From assembly GCF_001194135.2 (NCBI RefSeq), contig NC_068985.1:26453059-26496819 (forward strand): a stretch of 43,761 bases of DNA, written 5' to 3'. The notes beneath the pieces were generated by a model. The model made no database searches. It was not told where the DNA came from and was given only the letters and a program-made list of their open reading frames with translations. A program made the translations under genes and the position numbers. Each line of letters begins with the position of its first letter. The first letter of the stretch is position 1. Shown here in pieces: positions 10,235 to 23,800 of the stretch. Source of the DNA: Octopus bimaculoides (lineage: Eukaryota).

Positions 10235-11470
10235 TGTATAGAAGATAGGGGTATTAAGAATATGAAGGTAGGGAAAACAACTGGTCCACTAAGGATAATT
10301 GCTGAGATGCTTAAAACACCTGTGAAGTTTGATACTGGTTAGTCTCTCAAGAAGTAAATCAGGTAAAATAGGTAGGGTTCAATCTCAGTGATTGATGCTA
10401 CAGTATCATTGTAAACTGCTACAAGGACACAGGTGATGCACTAGAGAGAGGAAACTATAGTGGTATCATATTTTGGGGTTACAGTTACAAATATTTTTTA
10501 TCAAGAGTTATTGCGAAAATGATTAGGAACAAAATTAACCTGGATAGGATACAGTTTGGCTGTGTTCCAGAAAGAGATACCACTAATACCATGTTCCAAG
10601 TAAGACATCTGCAAGCTAAGGGAACAGATCTTGGAGTAAGCCCCTACACCCAGCATTTGTTGATTTGGACAAAGCCTTTGATGAAATCCTTTATTCTGTG
10701 ATCTGGTGGGCACTGAGGAAACTAGGAGTAGATGAATGACTTGTGAAGGATATACATGTCGTATACAGAGATGCTGTTAGCAATGTGTTCAGTAATAAAT
10801 GTGGTGTGCAGGTAGTGGTCTACTAGGATTCAGTTCTCAGTTCCTCCTGTTAATTTATAATCCTTCAAGCTGTAACAAAGAATTTAAGATTGGCTGTCCT
10901 TGGAAACTTCTGAATGCTGCCAACAACATAGCTCTTACAACAGAATCTGTAGAAGGATTCAAGCAGGAATTCCAGACATGGAAGCAGAATTTGGCAATGA
11001 AAGGCCTTTAAGTAAACTTATTGAAAAACAAAAATTTCAGTAAGTTGGAAGGCCAATTGTAGTATCAGTGAAAAGGCTATGCTCCATTTGCAGAAAAAGA
11101 GTTTGTAGAGAATCCTTAAGTTGTGTCTAGTGTAATCAATGGACACAAAAGTTGTGGTGGAATTAAAAGCCAGTTAACAGAGAAGATAAATTTCATATGT
11201 AGTAGGTTCACTGGGGCAATAAGTACTAAGAGCACTCAAGAGATAGATTCTGCTAAGAGATCAGGTAACTCCCTACAAGCAGTTGATAGCTTTTGTTACT
11301 TTGGTGTTTTTCTTAGTAGTGGTTGGGCAGGTTTTCTGAAAGTGTGATAGAATATGAATTGGTTGTAGAAAATTAAAGGAGTCATTACCACTGCTTGAAA
11401 GAAAGGGCTTCTCTTTTAGAGAGAAGGGCAGATAGCATGATGCTTGTGTGTGAAGTGCTTTGTTGCATGG
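10235..11470 (+). mobile_element. RTE-clade LINE ORF2 fragment (RT domain), degenerate
   Basis: MKVGKTTGP..IIAEMLK, CYKDTGDALERGNYSG, LDRIQFG.VPERDTT, WALRKLGVDE, SVLS..LLI, GCPWKLLNA, WKQNLAMKGL*VN, DSFCYFG. Multiple stops and frameshifts. Confidence 0.9.
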
Positions 11471-11989
11471 CAACAACACACTTTGTACTCAATTTTGTGC
11501 AACTTTCACTTTGTTCTGTTGCTTAAGAGCCCATAAATTTCTTCTTAAGACAACAGAATTGTGTTTAGTTCTTTCAGCTTGTTGCAAGATTAAAAGGAAA
11601 AAAAAACCTTTCCATAAATTTAATATTAGTTATCAATACATATTATTATGTAAAACATAAGAATATATATCTTGGATTATTCAGATGCATATTTTCATTC
11701 ATTGGCTCTGTTGGAATATAACTTCCCAAACTGTTCTTACACCACATGGATATAATTTCATATGGTCTTTCCTTAATTTAAACTTTTAGTATTAACTTGG
11801 TGCCTACGTGACAGAACGCATGTTTTGTCATCTTATTCCTTTACCCATTTTGAATGCTAAGCATTCAATACAACTAAAAACTTTGTCAAGTAAGCCATTT
11901 TAAATAAATATTATTTTAGCCTTTTAGCCCTTTTTTCTTTTCTATATGCTTTGTGGTTCCTTGTTTTATTTGCATTCGTAAACATGATT

Positions 11990-12190
11990 TACTATTAGGA
12001 TAATTTAGCTGTTGTTATTTAGCCTGTGTCAACTTGGAGCAGACCTAATCAAATTTATAACAACAATCATCCTGTAGTTTTAAAGGTTTCTAGGAATGCA
12101 TTATGTAATGTGTTCTTTTTCAAGACAGTAAATATTGTTTGAAGGAAACTTTGCTGCTATTCTAACAGGTGAACAACTATATATATAGAT
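11990..12190 (+). repeat. Unclassified old dispersed repeat (family D); related copies near 32150-32370, 33960-34150, 34335-34525, 42255-42330
   Basis: Recurrent blocks cattatccaat.tgt.ctttt and g.gatttgg.tgctatttctagcagg/caag. Confidence 0.5.
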
Positions 12191-12678
12191 GCTTAATTTA
12201 TTAAGTTTTAAAAGTAGGCTATATTAGTGATCTTTGTAGCAGCTAGACACTTTCAAAGTTTAGGATGATAAATCTTACGCTTAGTTTCATTGTATTCCAC
12301 TCTATAGGAGTTTATTTCTCTTAGCAATAAAATCCCTTTGTGAGGGTGTGATGTTCATGTCTTTCCTAATGGTATTACTGAAGGAAAATAGCTTCAGCCC
12401 AAAATAAAAGTATACTATCAAATTGCTGGAAGTTTCTTTTCAGCTTGTGGTACTTACTGTTTATCATTGTCTGTATTGAAGTTTTCATTCTACATAATTC
12501 CATATCATCTTTAGAAACATTTTTAGATTATTATAAACCTTTTCTTTTTGAATAAATCTATAAATATTAATTAGAGAAAGGACTCAATATACAATACAGT
12601 GCCAAATATCTATTCTACAAAAGTTGACTGATTTTGAAGGGCTCAATACATTATGCAGAATCAAGTATATAAGAAAGG

Positions 12679-12806
12679 TGACTGTGACTTCGAAGGACTA
12701 AATATATGATGTAGAATCACATATATAAGAATTGACTGTGACTTCGAAGGACTCAGTACATGATGTTGTGTCAAATATTTTATGGAAAATTGACTGTAAC
12801 TTTGAA
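12679..12806. repeat. Short tandem repeat, ~2.3 units of 54-58 bp
   Basis: tgactgtgacttcgaaggac at 12679 and 12733; tgactgtaactttgaag at 12791. Confidence 0.8.
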
Positions 12807-13237
12807 GTTTCATCGAGGAAAGCTTATCAAACAATTCACATGAATAGGATGTAGCATTTATATAGATGTTCTTAGTTTTAGGCATGATAGAAAGGTAGCA
12901 GCAGCAGTGGTAGTAGTAGTCACTGTAGTAGTGTAATTGAGGAATCTGAACTGAAGTCAAAGACGTTAGCACATGTGGAGATATGAAATTGATCAAAACT
13001 ACTGTTGGAAACTGAAGAGAATATAAAAGTTAAAAATAGAGAAGTGAGATTGTAAAGAATGTATATTTTTAGAATAAAAGACTAATAAAAAAACGAATGG
13101 AAGACAAATAAAGGAATAAATGGGAGGAGAAGAGGAAAAGGCTGGAGGAGAAATATTATCAAATATGAAATCAGTACGAGGGGGAATTTTTAGTGTGAAT
13201 GAATAGGTCGAGTGGATTATATTGTATTTATTTATTA

Positions 13238-13397
13238 CCGTATTTTAACATGTATAAGGAACCTCCTAATTTTTGGGACTTAAAATTTGGGAAAAAGGTT
13301 TTGTAAGGGATTATAATACAATCCATGTACAAGAAACTCCCATATTTTTTTAACCTAAGTTTTGACGAAAAAAGAGTTCCTTATACATGTTAAAAGG
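13238..13397. mobile_element. pogo/Tc2-type MITE
   Basis: TA-ccgtattttaacatgtataaggaac ... gttccttatacatgttaaaagg-TA. The right TIR lacks 3 bp; there is an internal direct subrepeat catgta.aag.aac. Confidence 0.75.
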
Positions 13398-13529
13398 TAT
13401 GGGACTAGTGTAGATTTCTAGATCTATTATAGTAATATTTTAGTAGAAAGGTGCATAGTAGGGCCAACTGAATTAGAGTTTTTTCTACTATATGCACAAG
13501 ATCTGAAAGTTTATGGGAGAAGGGGCTAG

Positions 13530-14095
13530 TTGTTTACATCAACCCCTAGTGCTCAACTGGTACATGTTTTATTGAGTAAGAAAGGATGAAAGGCAAAGTT
13601 AACCTCAGCAGAATTTGAACTCAGCATGTTGCTGGAAGAAATACTGCTAGACATTTTTTTTCCAGTGTGTTAATGAATCTACCGTGGAGGCGCAATGGCC
13701 CAGTGGTTAAGGCAGCGGACTCGCAGTCATAGGATCGCGGTTTCGATTCCCAGACCGGGCGTGTGAGTGTTTATTGAGTGAAAACACCTAAAGCTCCACG
13801 AGGCTCCGGCAGGGGATGGTGGCGAACCCTGCTGTACTCTTTCACCACAACTTTCTCTCACTCTTACTTCCTGTTTCTGTTGTGCCTATAATTCAAAGGG
13901 TCAGCCTTGTCGCACTCTGTGTCACGCTGAATATCCCCAAGAACTACGTTAAGGGTACATGTGTCTGTGGAGTGCTCAGCCTCTTGCACGTTAATTTCAT
14001 GAGCAGGCTGTTCCGTTGATCAGATCAACTGGAACCCTCGACGTCGTAAGCAACGGAGTGCCAACAACAAAATGAATCTAGCAGTTCACTACTTT
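13530..14095 (-). mobile_element. Old SINE family C, interrupted by a younger SINE
   Basis: caacccctagtgctcaactggtac...aaaggatgaaaggcaaagttaacctcagcagaatttgaactcag...gtgtgttaatgaatcta resumes as gcagttcact after the insertion. Confidence 0.7.
13682..14070 (+). mobile_element. Full-length young tRNA-derived SINE (family B) with 10-bp TSD
   Basis: A box tggcccagtggtt, B box ggtttcgattccc, CpG-rich body and (CAA)n tail. TSD AATGAATCTA at 13672-13681 and 14071-14080. Confidence 0.92.
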
Positions 14096-14171
14096 TTAAC
14101 TGGTCATAATGAAGGCTTCTACTGAATTTTATAAATTTTAATTTGATAGGATGAAAATTAAATTTTTATAG

Positions 14172-14340
14172 CAAGTATGGCTGTGTGGTTAACAAGTTTG
14201 CATCCCATCCACATGATTTCAGGTTCAATTTCATTGTGTGGCACCTTGGGCAATTGTCTTCTACTATAGCCCTAAGCATTGTCAGTGAATTTGGTTGATG
14301 GAAACTGAAAGAAGCCTATCATGTGTGTGTGTGTGTTTGT
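14172..14340 (+). mobile_element. SINE family A 5' half (diverged)
   Basis: atggctgtgtggtt...ggcaccttgggcaa.tgtcttctactatagcc...gatggaaactgaaagaagcc followed by (TG)n. Similar 5' halves lie at 14688-14790(+), 15990-16158(-), 29880-30045(-) and 38440-38605(-). Confidence 0.75.
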
Positions 14341-15339
14341 GTCCCTTTGTCAGGATAGCTGTAACCAATATATATATATAATATATATATAAAATTAATC
14401 AAAAGACATACTAAGTATGTCCACCTGCTGGAAATAAGTCAAAAGTCTTATTTAAATCACCAAAATAAGAGTTTTGACTGTTATTTCTAGCAGGTAGACA
14501 TACCTAGCATGTCTTTGATTATAATCCTTCAGCTATTTAATGCTCTTTTTTGGGCCTGCAATTGCCTATATTATTGATTCTATTATTATCATTTTTAAAT
14601 TGTTACACTAAGAATAATAGTCAATGACATCTTTGCAAATATTTTCTCAACAATTATTTGCTCCATATATAGATATGTGCACATATGCAGACAGCCATGC
14701 CTATTAAGAGGTTTGCTTCCTAATCACATGGTTTCAGGTTCAGTCCCACTGAGTAATATCTTGGGCAAGTGTCTTCTGCTATAGCCCCAACCTATCACTA
14801 ACTCTTGCTCATATTTGAGGTAAAGGATTTTGGGATAATATAATTGACTACTGCCTATTACTTTTGACTGATTACACATAAAATACACAAGTGAACTGTC
14901 TGGAGATATAGGACAAATATTGTATACTCTATATAAAAATAGTTTTTTGAGTTGCTTGTGATGATTTAAAGAAGAGAAAAATGAGATTCCACATGCTTTC
15001 TTTCCTTTATATGAACTATGGGTATACTGATAGTTAAACTGATTATAAAGAAATAAAAATGTGCCAACTACTATGTACAGTGATGGTTGTGGTGTGATAT
15101 CTATGAATTATAATTAATATGACTGATTCTAGAATTTAAAAAAAGGCTAAATATAGAACGTTTCTACAACACCTGAAATGATATAGTTAAACCAAAATAG
15201 TACTTCTTGGAAGTTCTCTTAAAGTGTCATGAGGTAATGAATTTCAGTTATGGAAATGAGTGTAATAAATACATGAATCACTTCTATTCTGTGTAACATG
15301 ATAGATTGAGCTTGATGACTGTCGATGACAACAACAACG

Positions 15340-15545
15340 ATCATCATCATCATCATATGTTTGTTTTCTATGCTGGCATGTGTTGGACAGTTTGACAGGA
15401 TCTGGTGCACTGCAGGGCTGCATTGTGTTCCAGTGTCAGCTTTGGAATGGTTTCTATGGCTGGATTCCTTCCCTAATGTCAATCACATCACTGTGTACAC
15501 TGGGTGCATTTTTCATGCTACTGGCATATCTGAGATTGCCAGCTA
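15340..15545 (-). mobile_element. RTE 3' UTR fragment with (GAT)n tail
   Basis: (CAT)n then ttttctatgctggcatg...tttctatggctggattccttccctaatgtcaatcac. Confidence 0.65.
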
Positions 15546-18500
15546 ACAAACAGAACAAAAATAAAATAGTCATTTCACAAACTGCCACAAGCCTTGAGTC
15601 AGTGTTTCAATTTAGTTTCTGTTAAATTTAAACAAATAAGATGGCGAGAATCCCTTTCGCTTTAGAACTGTTTAACTAAACAACTCCATTTGATATCCTT
15701 TGTTTCCTGTTCTGGTCCATTTTGCTTCCTCTATATCCTGTTGCTTGAAAATTTTGCACTGTCCACTTTTCTATGCTTGCATGGTTCATATTTGTTGGGG
15801 CTAATTTTCTGCAGCTGGATGATCTTCCTGTCACCATCCCTCATCTGTTTCCAAGCAAGTAATATATCTGCATAACCAGGCATTTTTTTCTTGGAAGACT
15901 GGAAATAAATAACACACCTTATGATGGTGATACTTGTTTACAACCATCACATGATGCCAAGAAAAGGGTACATACATATATGTGTGTGTGTTATAAGCTT
16001 CTTTTAGTTTCCATCTGACAAATTCACTCACAAGGCTTTGGTCAACCTGGGGTTTTAGTAGAAAACACTTGCCCAAGCTACCATGCAGTAGGACTGAACT
16101 TGAGCCTACATGGCTGAAAAGTAAGCCTCTTAACCATATAGCTATGCCTGTACCTACATCTATGTATTTCTTAATTGATATGTTCTGTAGTGCTTTCTGT
16201 GATTTTCATTGAGAGTTTTCTCTTAAATCAGCACAAATTAAAAAATTCTTATTAGAGGCTGTGCAGAATGCCTATAATTCTTTTGATTTTACATAGTAAC
16301 TGATGACAGACCATAATAGGGATACAAATAGTCTTTTATTGGTTTAGTTATTGGAGGAAGAGCAGGTTCTTCAAAACTGGTAGAAAGAAGGAAGATCCTT
16401 AGACTAGGAACTTGTTCTGAATGTTGCAACAGTGCATTACACCACTAAAAGCCTTCATGAGCCAGGTGGTGGTGTTAAACCATACAGATGAAATTAAGAT
16501 ATTACAATTACTGATTTTATCAACTCTACTCATTGAAATATTTATTTAATTATTATATTTATAAGTAATGTTTTATGAATTGAAAAATCATTAAAGATAA
16601 AATCTGACAATTATATTCATGAATTGAAAACTTATTGTAACTATTTATTCTGACACTCTACAAAGAGAAGGACTAAGTCAAAGTGAGATGTGAACCTTTT
16701 AAGAGGTATTAAGAATGTGCTTCTTTCCTTTGAGTAAAATCCATTTCCCCATCCATTTGAAATGTTTTGCACAGATGTCTGTTTTATGTTTATTTTTAAG
16801 CTCCAGATTATATCTTGAGACTGTCATCTTGAAATTCCTGAATGATGTTGTCTATGTCACACATGTTGCAATCTTTTGATTTGTCTTTTCTTCAGTTGAA
16901 GATTTAGTAGGGGATTCTTTATAGTAGCTCTAATAGCCTGCTGTGAATCACATCTGTGAACACAAGCACAATGATTTTTGACTCATTTCCTCAATCTAAT
17001 GATATATATTTTTTCCACTTCTATTGTACACTTAGTTATTTCTTGTACTTAAAGGGGTTTGGTAATAATAGCAATGGAATCTGAGATTGCATAGACATAC
17101 ACTGTGAACCCATTTCTCATTGTCGTAGTTTTGTTTTTAAAGACAATTTCTGTTTTAATAGAGACATATAGGTCTACCAGTTAATAGCACAACCTTAATT
17201 ATCCTTGCTATATTCCCACTGTGAGAATGATAAAAATAATTCTCACTTCAAGGACATCTCAATCGCAAACTCATTTCCACTTACTAAGTATGATATATTT
17301 TTGGCTCATTTTTGTGAGAGTTCAACTGTATAAACTTAGAAAATAATAGATATAACTAAAAGTAATCAAATTGTTGTTGGGTAATACAAGTCAGCTCTGA
17401 TTGAATAGACTTATGATATACAAGTAGATGGACGTTTGACTAGTTGTGACCCAAAAATCTGTTTATTCCAGATAGCTAAGAGGTGTTATCTACATCTACA
17501 TGTATATGTGATTATGTTTCTCATGCATAAAATGCTCCATCATAATTGATAATGGACTGACTAGCTTACAAGCTTTGAATTGTCATCTGCTTCAGTGCAA
17601 GTATTGTATAAAGCTACTGTTTACACTTAATGGTTGGTGTGCCATTTTAAGAGAAAATAAACAAAATAGTACTTGTTGAATTGTATGTGAGTATCTCAGA
17701 CTAACTTATTTGTAAAATTAAGTAGCATTGATATCTTGACAATACAGCTTTGTTTTTCCTTTTCCTTCAAGTCATCAGTATATCAATAGTTTTACTGTTT
17801 TGGTGTGGTCTATAAAGAAATGCTTCCACAGATTATATCCTAAAAGAACTCTTTGCCTATCTCACACCATAATTTAATTCTTTAATGGAACCCAGTTTAC
17901 CTATACTAATTTGGATGCATCCACATTGTTTTATAGAATCCTTTTTTAATAAGCTAAACAAGGCATTTCTACTCTCACTTTTGTTTCCCAAAATAGTATT
18001 TAAAACTCCCGAAGAGAAAATCATGGTTTATAAGGTTTCCCCACTTAGTGAACTATGTATTAATTAATGTGATGAGCAAAAAAACTTTGATTAATTGAGA
18101 CTATACCGGCATTGAGAAAAAGTAAAGACTTGAACAATATTTCAGCTCTTCAAATTCATATCGGTCTATTGATAACTTATATTGACACATATTTTTTTCT
18201 GTACTATTGGCTGGAAATTTTATTGATATCCACCATTGTGGCTAGAGAGAGAAAGAGATGATTAGTGTAGAAATAGCCTGACAGTCTCTTAAAACCCTGT
18301 AACTTAGAGGGAGTTCATAAAAATATAAAAGTGTTTTCTAGCACTCCACCACACCTTCAACACCATTGCTTTGCACTCATGGTATTTCTAGAGAATTTGC
18401 TGCAGCTAGAATGAGTTTATGGATAATACCTGCTAAATCAGATAAGTCTCAAAGTTATTAAAGACCCTTGGCTCAAAGTCAACCAGGAGCTATTTCAAGT

Positions 18501-21361
18501 CTTTCATAGTCATATCTAATTCCCCTTTCATGTCTTCATCACTTGTTCCTTCTTCTAATATCCTTTATATAATTAATGTTTGTCTCTTGTTTGTTTTCTT
18601 CATTATTACATATCACTGAGTGTCTAGTGACACTTTTTGATCCAAAATGACAACACTACAGAAAAGTACACACTGCATTATTGTCATCAAATAACTGTTA
18701 CTTTTGGTAGAATGGTAGAATGTTCTAGATATATATGTTTAACTGTCTTAATATAGCAAAAATCTCTCTTATTAAATTCCTCTGTTATCTCTATTCTAGA
18801 GGATCACATATTTCAAGTTCTATATTGTGTGACAACATGGCCTGTATTAAAGGTAGATTACTGTGGGTAGAATTTCCACTTGTGCCATAGGTTTGCTAAG
18901 CATATCTAACAAAGCATCTAGCAATATAACAACAAAATAACATAGACTTTGTTCAACAGTGTATTCATTTAACTTTCACTTCTGTTGTCATAATTCTCAG
19001 TTCACATATTACTGAATAAGTAGGGAACTATCCAACCAGTCAACAGTTTTGAAATTTGTATTTTGTCACAGGCATTGCATTATATCTGTGAGGTAAGACT
19101 CTTGTTTCTGAATAGCTGAGGCCATTTAGCCCCAAGTTTGTGCTGCAACAGGGAGTGGGGTGGAGGGGGGTGGCATGGGGAAGTACATTGTTATCCACAG
19201 CAATTTCTCAATACTACATTAAGTTGCTACTCTACCATTGCTTAAATGTTTTGGACCATATACAATATTGATGGTTATAACCAATTGATCAAAGTTTGGC
19301 CTATCCAACACATTATCTGTAGCAATAACAGGTGTTGAATTTCCACCAATTAAAGAACACCATTGGCTCACATGCATATGTTGTTGAGGTCACTATTTTT
19401 TAGCAAATAAAATGGCTACCTTTTGTATATCTGCATGGTTCTTCCAGTCATTTTCATCCAAACTAATAGTCTGGATTTCTCAATTTCTTTAGAGATTGTT
19501 GTGGATCCACCTAAATCTTTGGTGATTAGCTTGTTGAAAAGAAAACAAAAAGACTTGTCTCTCATATACTTTTACTCTTTCTCACATACCTATAATATCA
19601 GAGATTTGTTCTCACTCACGTGACTTTGAAAATCAATTATAGATTAAAAAAAAAAAAACATGTTTCACAAATGTATTTGTTAACAGTTCTCAACGTTCAC
19701 AAATATGAAGACACATTCATAAACATTTTTGTATGAATACTAATTTTTGTTTACATGTCATTTTATTCACTTTTTCAGAATGGCTTACTAAGACTGATTT
19801 ATATTATTTATATAATATTGTTGATTATTGACACACAGTCTTCATCTTATTGTATTTATCTTTCAACATCAAACTATTTTATCATCATAAACTTATCATA
19901 ATCATTAAAAGTTCTTCCCTGGGGAAAAGTTACTCTGATAGACAGGCATAATAGCCCAGTGAAAATTTGGCATCTACTGAATGTCACTGATTTCTGAGAT
20001 AAGCACCTTCTAACTCATTTAATTGCAGAGGTTCAGTATGTCCACTTTACAAGTATCAACCAGGTTTATGATATTGATTTTTAACATAGGCCTAAGACCC
20101 CTAATTTTAAGGATTGGTATATTGATTAAATCAGTCCTGATACATTATTAGTACTTTATTTTATTGATCCTGGAAGGTTGAAAGGCAAAGTTGACCTTGG
20201 TGAGAGTTGAACTCGGAACATAACAGGCTACTACTAAAAGTGTAAGGCAGTTTGATGCTTCAGAAATTCTGCCAATAGGATATGTACTAGCGTTTGTGTC
20301 CAGACACTATCTCTAATCTCTATATCGAAAGTCAGACTGCTGAACACACATTTACTACTGCACATGTTGAGTTTTATCATCCAGATGTCATCATTGCCAC
20401 CATCTCCACTCCCACATCCTTCAGTATGATACTTAATGGTATATCTTTTCTGTTATTTCTTCCACATTTGACAACTCAGTGATTTAAAGAATTTCCCCAG
20501 TTTTCATCATTGTTAGACAATCCTAACTATGGAGTCTCTTTCCTGTGTCATTTTTGTTTTATGATGTATTAAATTTCTTGTAAAAATAAAATATAGCAAA
20601 GAAATTAACAGCAGTGCTATGGTGATGAAAATAGTGATGATGTAGTAGTGGTAGTGGTGGTGGCAGTGTGAAGAAGATGATGGTATTGGTAGTGGTTGGT
20701 ATTTGTGCTGGTAGTTGTAGTGACAGGAAGTGGTGGCTATGATGTTAGATGCTGGTACTTACAGTGATGATGATTTTCATCATTAATTTCCAAGATTACT
20801 TTTGAGAAGCATAACTTCCTGCCAAATTCCTATACACACTTGACTAAGTAGATTATATTTTATATCTCAATCAATGTTCACACATGCATACACACATACC
20901 ACACACAAATGGATTCTCTCTCTCAACACACAGCACACAGGCACACATTTGTATATATATATATATATTTATATATAAGCCCTGCATCAGCACGTATGCA
21001 ATTAGCCATAGACATACAGCAATACACATACAAACATATATCCTTACATAAATATAAACATTTATCCATCTATGTAATTCTGCATCTATATACATTCAAC
21101 TGTACCCATATAATGTATGCGTAATATATATGTGTGCACACACACACACACACACTAACCTATTTGGGTCTTTTACATCACCATGTGAGTGGTCATAACT
21201 AATTATGCATGGAATCTCTCTTCCTGTCACTCTTGGTTTCTCTCCTCACTTTCTCTCTGCCTTTGTGTCTCACTCACAAAATCCTAAAATCCAACCCCAT
21301 TACAAAATGTTATGCCTCAATATCTGATGATTTCTCAGAGCAGTATTATATGTATTTATAT

Positions 21362-21393
21362 ATGTGTGTGTGTGTGTATGTGCATATATACAT

Positions 21394-21449
<56 letters not shown>

Positions 21450-21475
21450 TATATATATATGTATGTATGTATATG
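21362..21475. repeat. (TG)n/(TA)n microsatellite cluster; similar tracts at 1270-1295, 20950-20975, 22156-22197, 26090-26175, 26540-26596, 41488-41540
   Basis: Directly visible dinucleotide runs. Confidence 0.95.
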
Positions 21476-22153
21476 TAGTTATTGCCTAAACTTTTTTCCC
21501 AATACTTCAACTTACATTAGTTGTTGAGCTTTTACAGAGCAGGAAGGTGACCCACATTACTGTACAGCTTACATATAGGGGTTAGTTCTTCTGTTATACA
21601 TAGACGTACACACACAAATATTCTAGAACTCTCCAAAAGAACAATATCTAGTTGATTGGAACAGACTCACTCAACAACATATTACAACCTCTACCTTACA
21701 GATGTGTTTTTTCTTTTCCCTGCCTTTTCTGGCTCATCTACAAAGCCTTATGTTTATTAGAATTATTCAGATACTTACTACCTCTACCCTGGCCCACTTC
21801 TTTTTTGTTTTCATCACCTTGAATGTATCTCATACCTCAAACCATATCCTAATAATTATCCTCAGAGTTTTTAGCCATCTGGAATTTATTCCTTGTCTAT
21901 GTTTCAGCTAAGAGGCACCAAACTACAGAAGTTAAAACTGATTATTAGTGACATAAATCTTACCAGTCTGGGAGGTCCAGCAAAACGCCATACCCACTGC
22001 TTCTCTTCTGACTTGTTAGTAAGAAAAAAAAAAAACTCACTTGAACACACACATGTGCATGTGCCCCCCTCTCCACTACAGACAGATATAAACAAAACCA
22101 CATAGACCTGTATGCAAATTTATATATATGGATACACACGTGTTCGTAAATAT

Positions 22154-22200
<47 letters not shown>

Positions 22201-23800
22201 GAAATATTTGCAAAACCACACATATATATGCAAATTTATACATATGGATGCACACACATATAAATATAAGCAAATACACATACTATACATAGATATATAT
22301 GAGCACATAAAACATACACAAAATATTCAAATCCTTTAGAAATTTCTGCCACTTTCATCATCACCATTGCTTTTATATCTGATTCTTCATATTAGCCTGG
22401 CATGGAGAGGCCTGAAACATCCTATTTTGACAGCTGTTTTTACTTAATATTTATTCATATAATAATCCATGTTGTTTCTGTTACCATAGGTGTTTGTTTG
22501 CTCTGTCATTTCTGCTTGAGCAGATCTATGCAATAACTGACTGGGGCAATACAGTAACAATAATCTTGCCCGATCCTTCCACCTGAGATTACTTAGAAGT
22601 AATCCCACAGGTCCAGTATCCAAGTCATGTTAAGCTTAAAGGAAATACTAAGGAGGTATATGTTATGTCATGAGATGTAGTAGAGACTAATGCTTTGAAC
22701 TAGATCCTTTGTCTTTAGTCTTTAACCTCTAATTCATGTATATAAACTCTATAGTTCATATACTTCATGTAGTATATGAATTCTATTTAAAATTTCTTAT
22801 TTTAAAGTGGAGTTCCTTATTTTAAAGTAGGGTTCCTCGTTTCTGATAATCTGAGACATGTCTGATCATGGGAAAATATTAACTCACTTGGAAGCAGTTG
22901 AAGGTTGGCGACAGGAAAAGCATTCAGTCACAGAAAATCCCTCCACCCAAATTCCATCCAGCCCATGTGAGCATAGAAAAATGGACACTAAACAATGATG
23001 ATGACGATGAATATAATTTATACTATGGTGACTTAAATATTGATTTCTACATTGATTGTAATACAACAAATTTATAAAGGAGTAAAATGGTTGATAACAT
23101 CAATAAATGCTTGACTCTAATTTTCATTAATTACTAAAAAATGGAAGACTTAGTGGTTTAGAAATAAATAATGAAAAGTGTTTGATCCAGTGTAATAAAA
23201 TTCCACCCTATCAATAACAGTAAAAATCTTTCATTATAAAGCCTGTCACTTATTTTTGTTTGTTGGTTTTGTCACGCTGTAAGAATGCTTCACACACATA
23301 CACATATACCTTTATTTGTAGGCAGGTATAATGATAATAGAGACAGAGCAGGAAAGAGCTCACCTTCTTAACTGACCTTATACCCAAACATTAGTGCCTT
23401 GTTACCTAATTATTCTTGTATAAATGCACATATGCATATATTATCATACCCCCTCCCCCCACACACATTGCATGCATACACACAGAAGCTTGTACTAAAT
23501 GAATATGGTGATAAAGTGAACTTGATAGTTTTTGTGCCAGTATCATGTTTTAGTAGTTGGCATTAAATGGAGATTGTCAGTTGCTCACTGTCACAATTTT
23601 TAGTAACTAACATACATCTAAGAAGCTTTGCACCATTCTAAAATGCTCATGGTTAACTTACATGTCATTGGAGAAGGTGATTCTTATTGGAAGCCCTCAA
23701 ACTCTAAGTTGTATGACTCAATCTTGCAGAAACATTTAATCAGTTTTTTCTTTCATCACTTTGCTCAGTAACAGTGGGCAGAGTTACTTTGGTCAGTAGG

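Noticed and set aside
12672-12760. DCDFEG on the plus strand resembling a MAM-domain start
   Set aside because: Stops follow within a few codons in both units and there are no splice signals.
12679-12806. CRISPR-like repeat-spacer pattern
   Set aside because: Only 2-3 units, the spacers resemble each other, the context is eukaryotic and there are no cas genes.
13686-13760. tRNA gene candidate
   Set aside because: It has A and B boxes but no proper acceptor stem closure, and continues into a SINE body with tail and TSD.
16800-17180. Possible LINE endonuclease relic on the minus strand (VYVYA...)
   Set aside because: A single weak motif is insufficient support.
19200-19520. Minus-strand semi-open frames that might be a transposase relic
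   Set aside because: No recognisable motif could be identified; needs a profile search.
20871-22339. Many overlapping ORFs rich in YI/CV/HT
   Set aside because: They are translations of (TA)n, (TG)n and (CA)n microsatellites.
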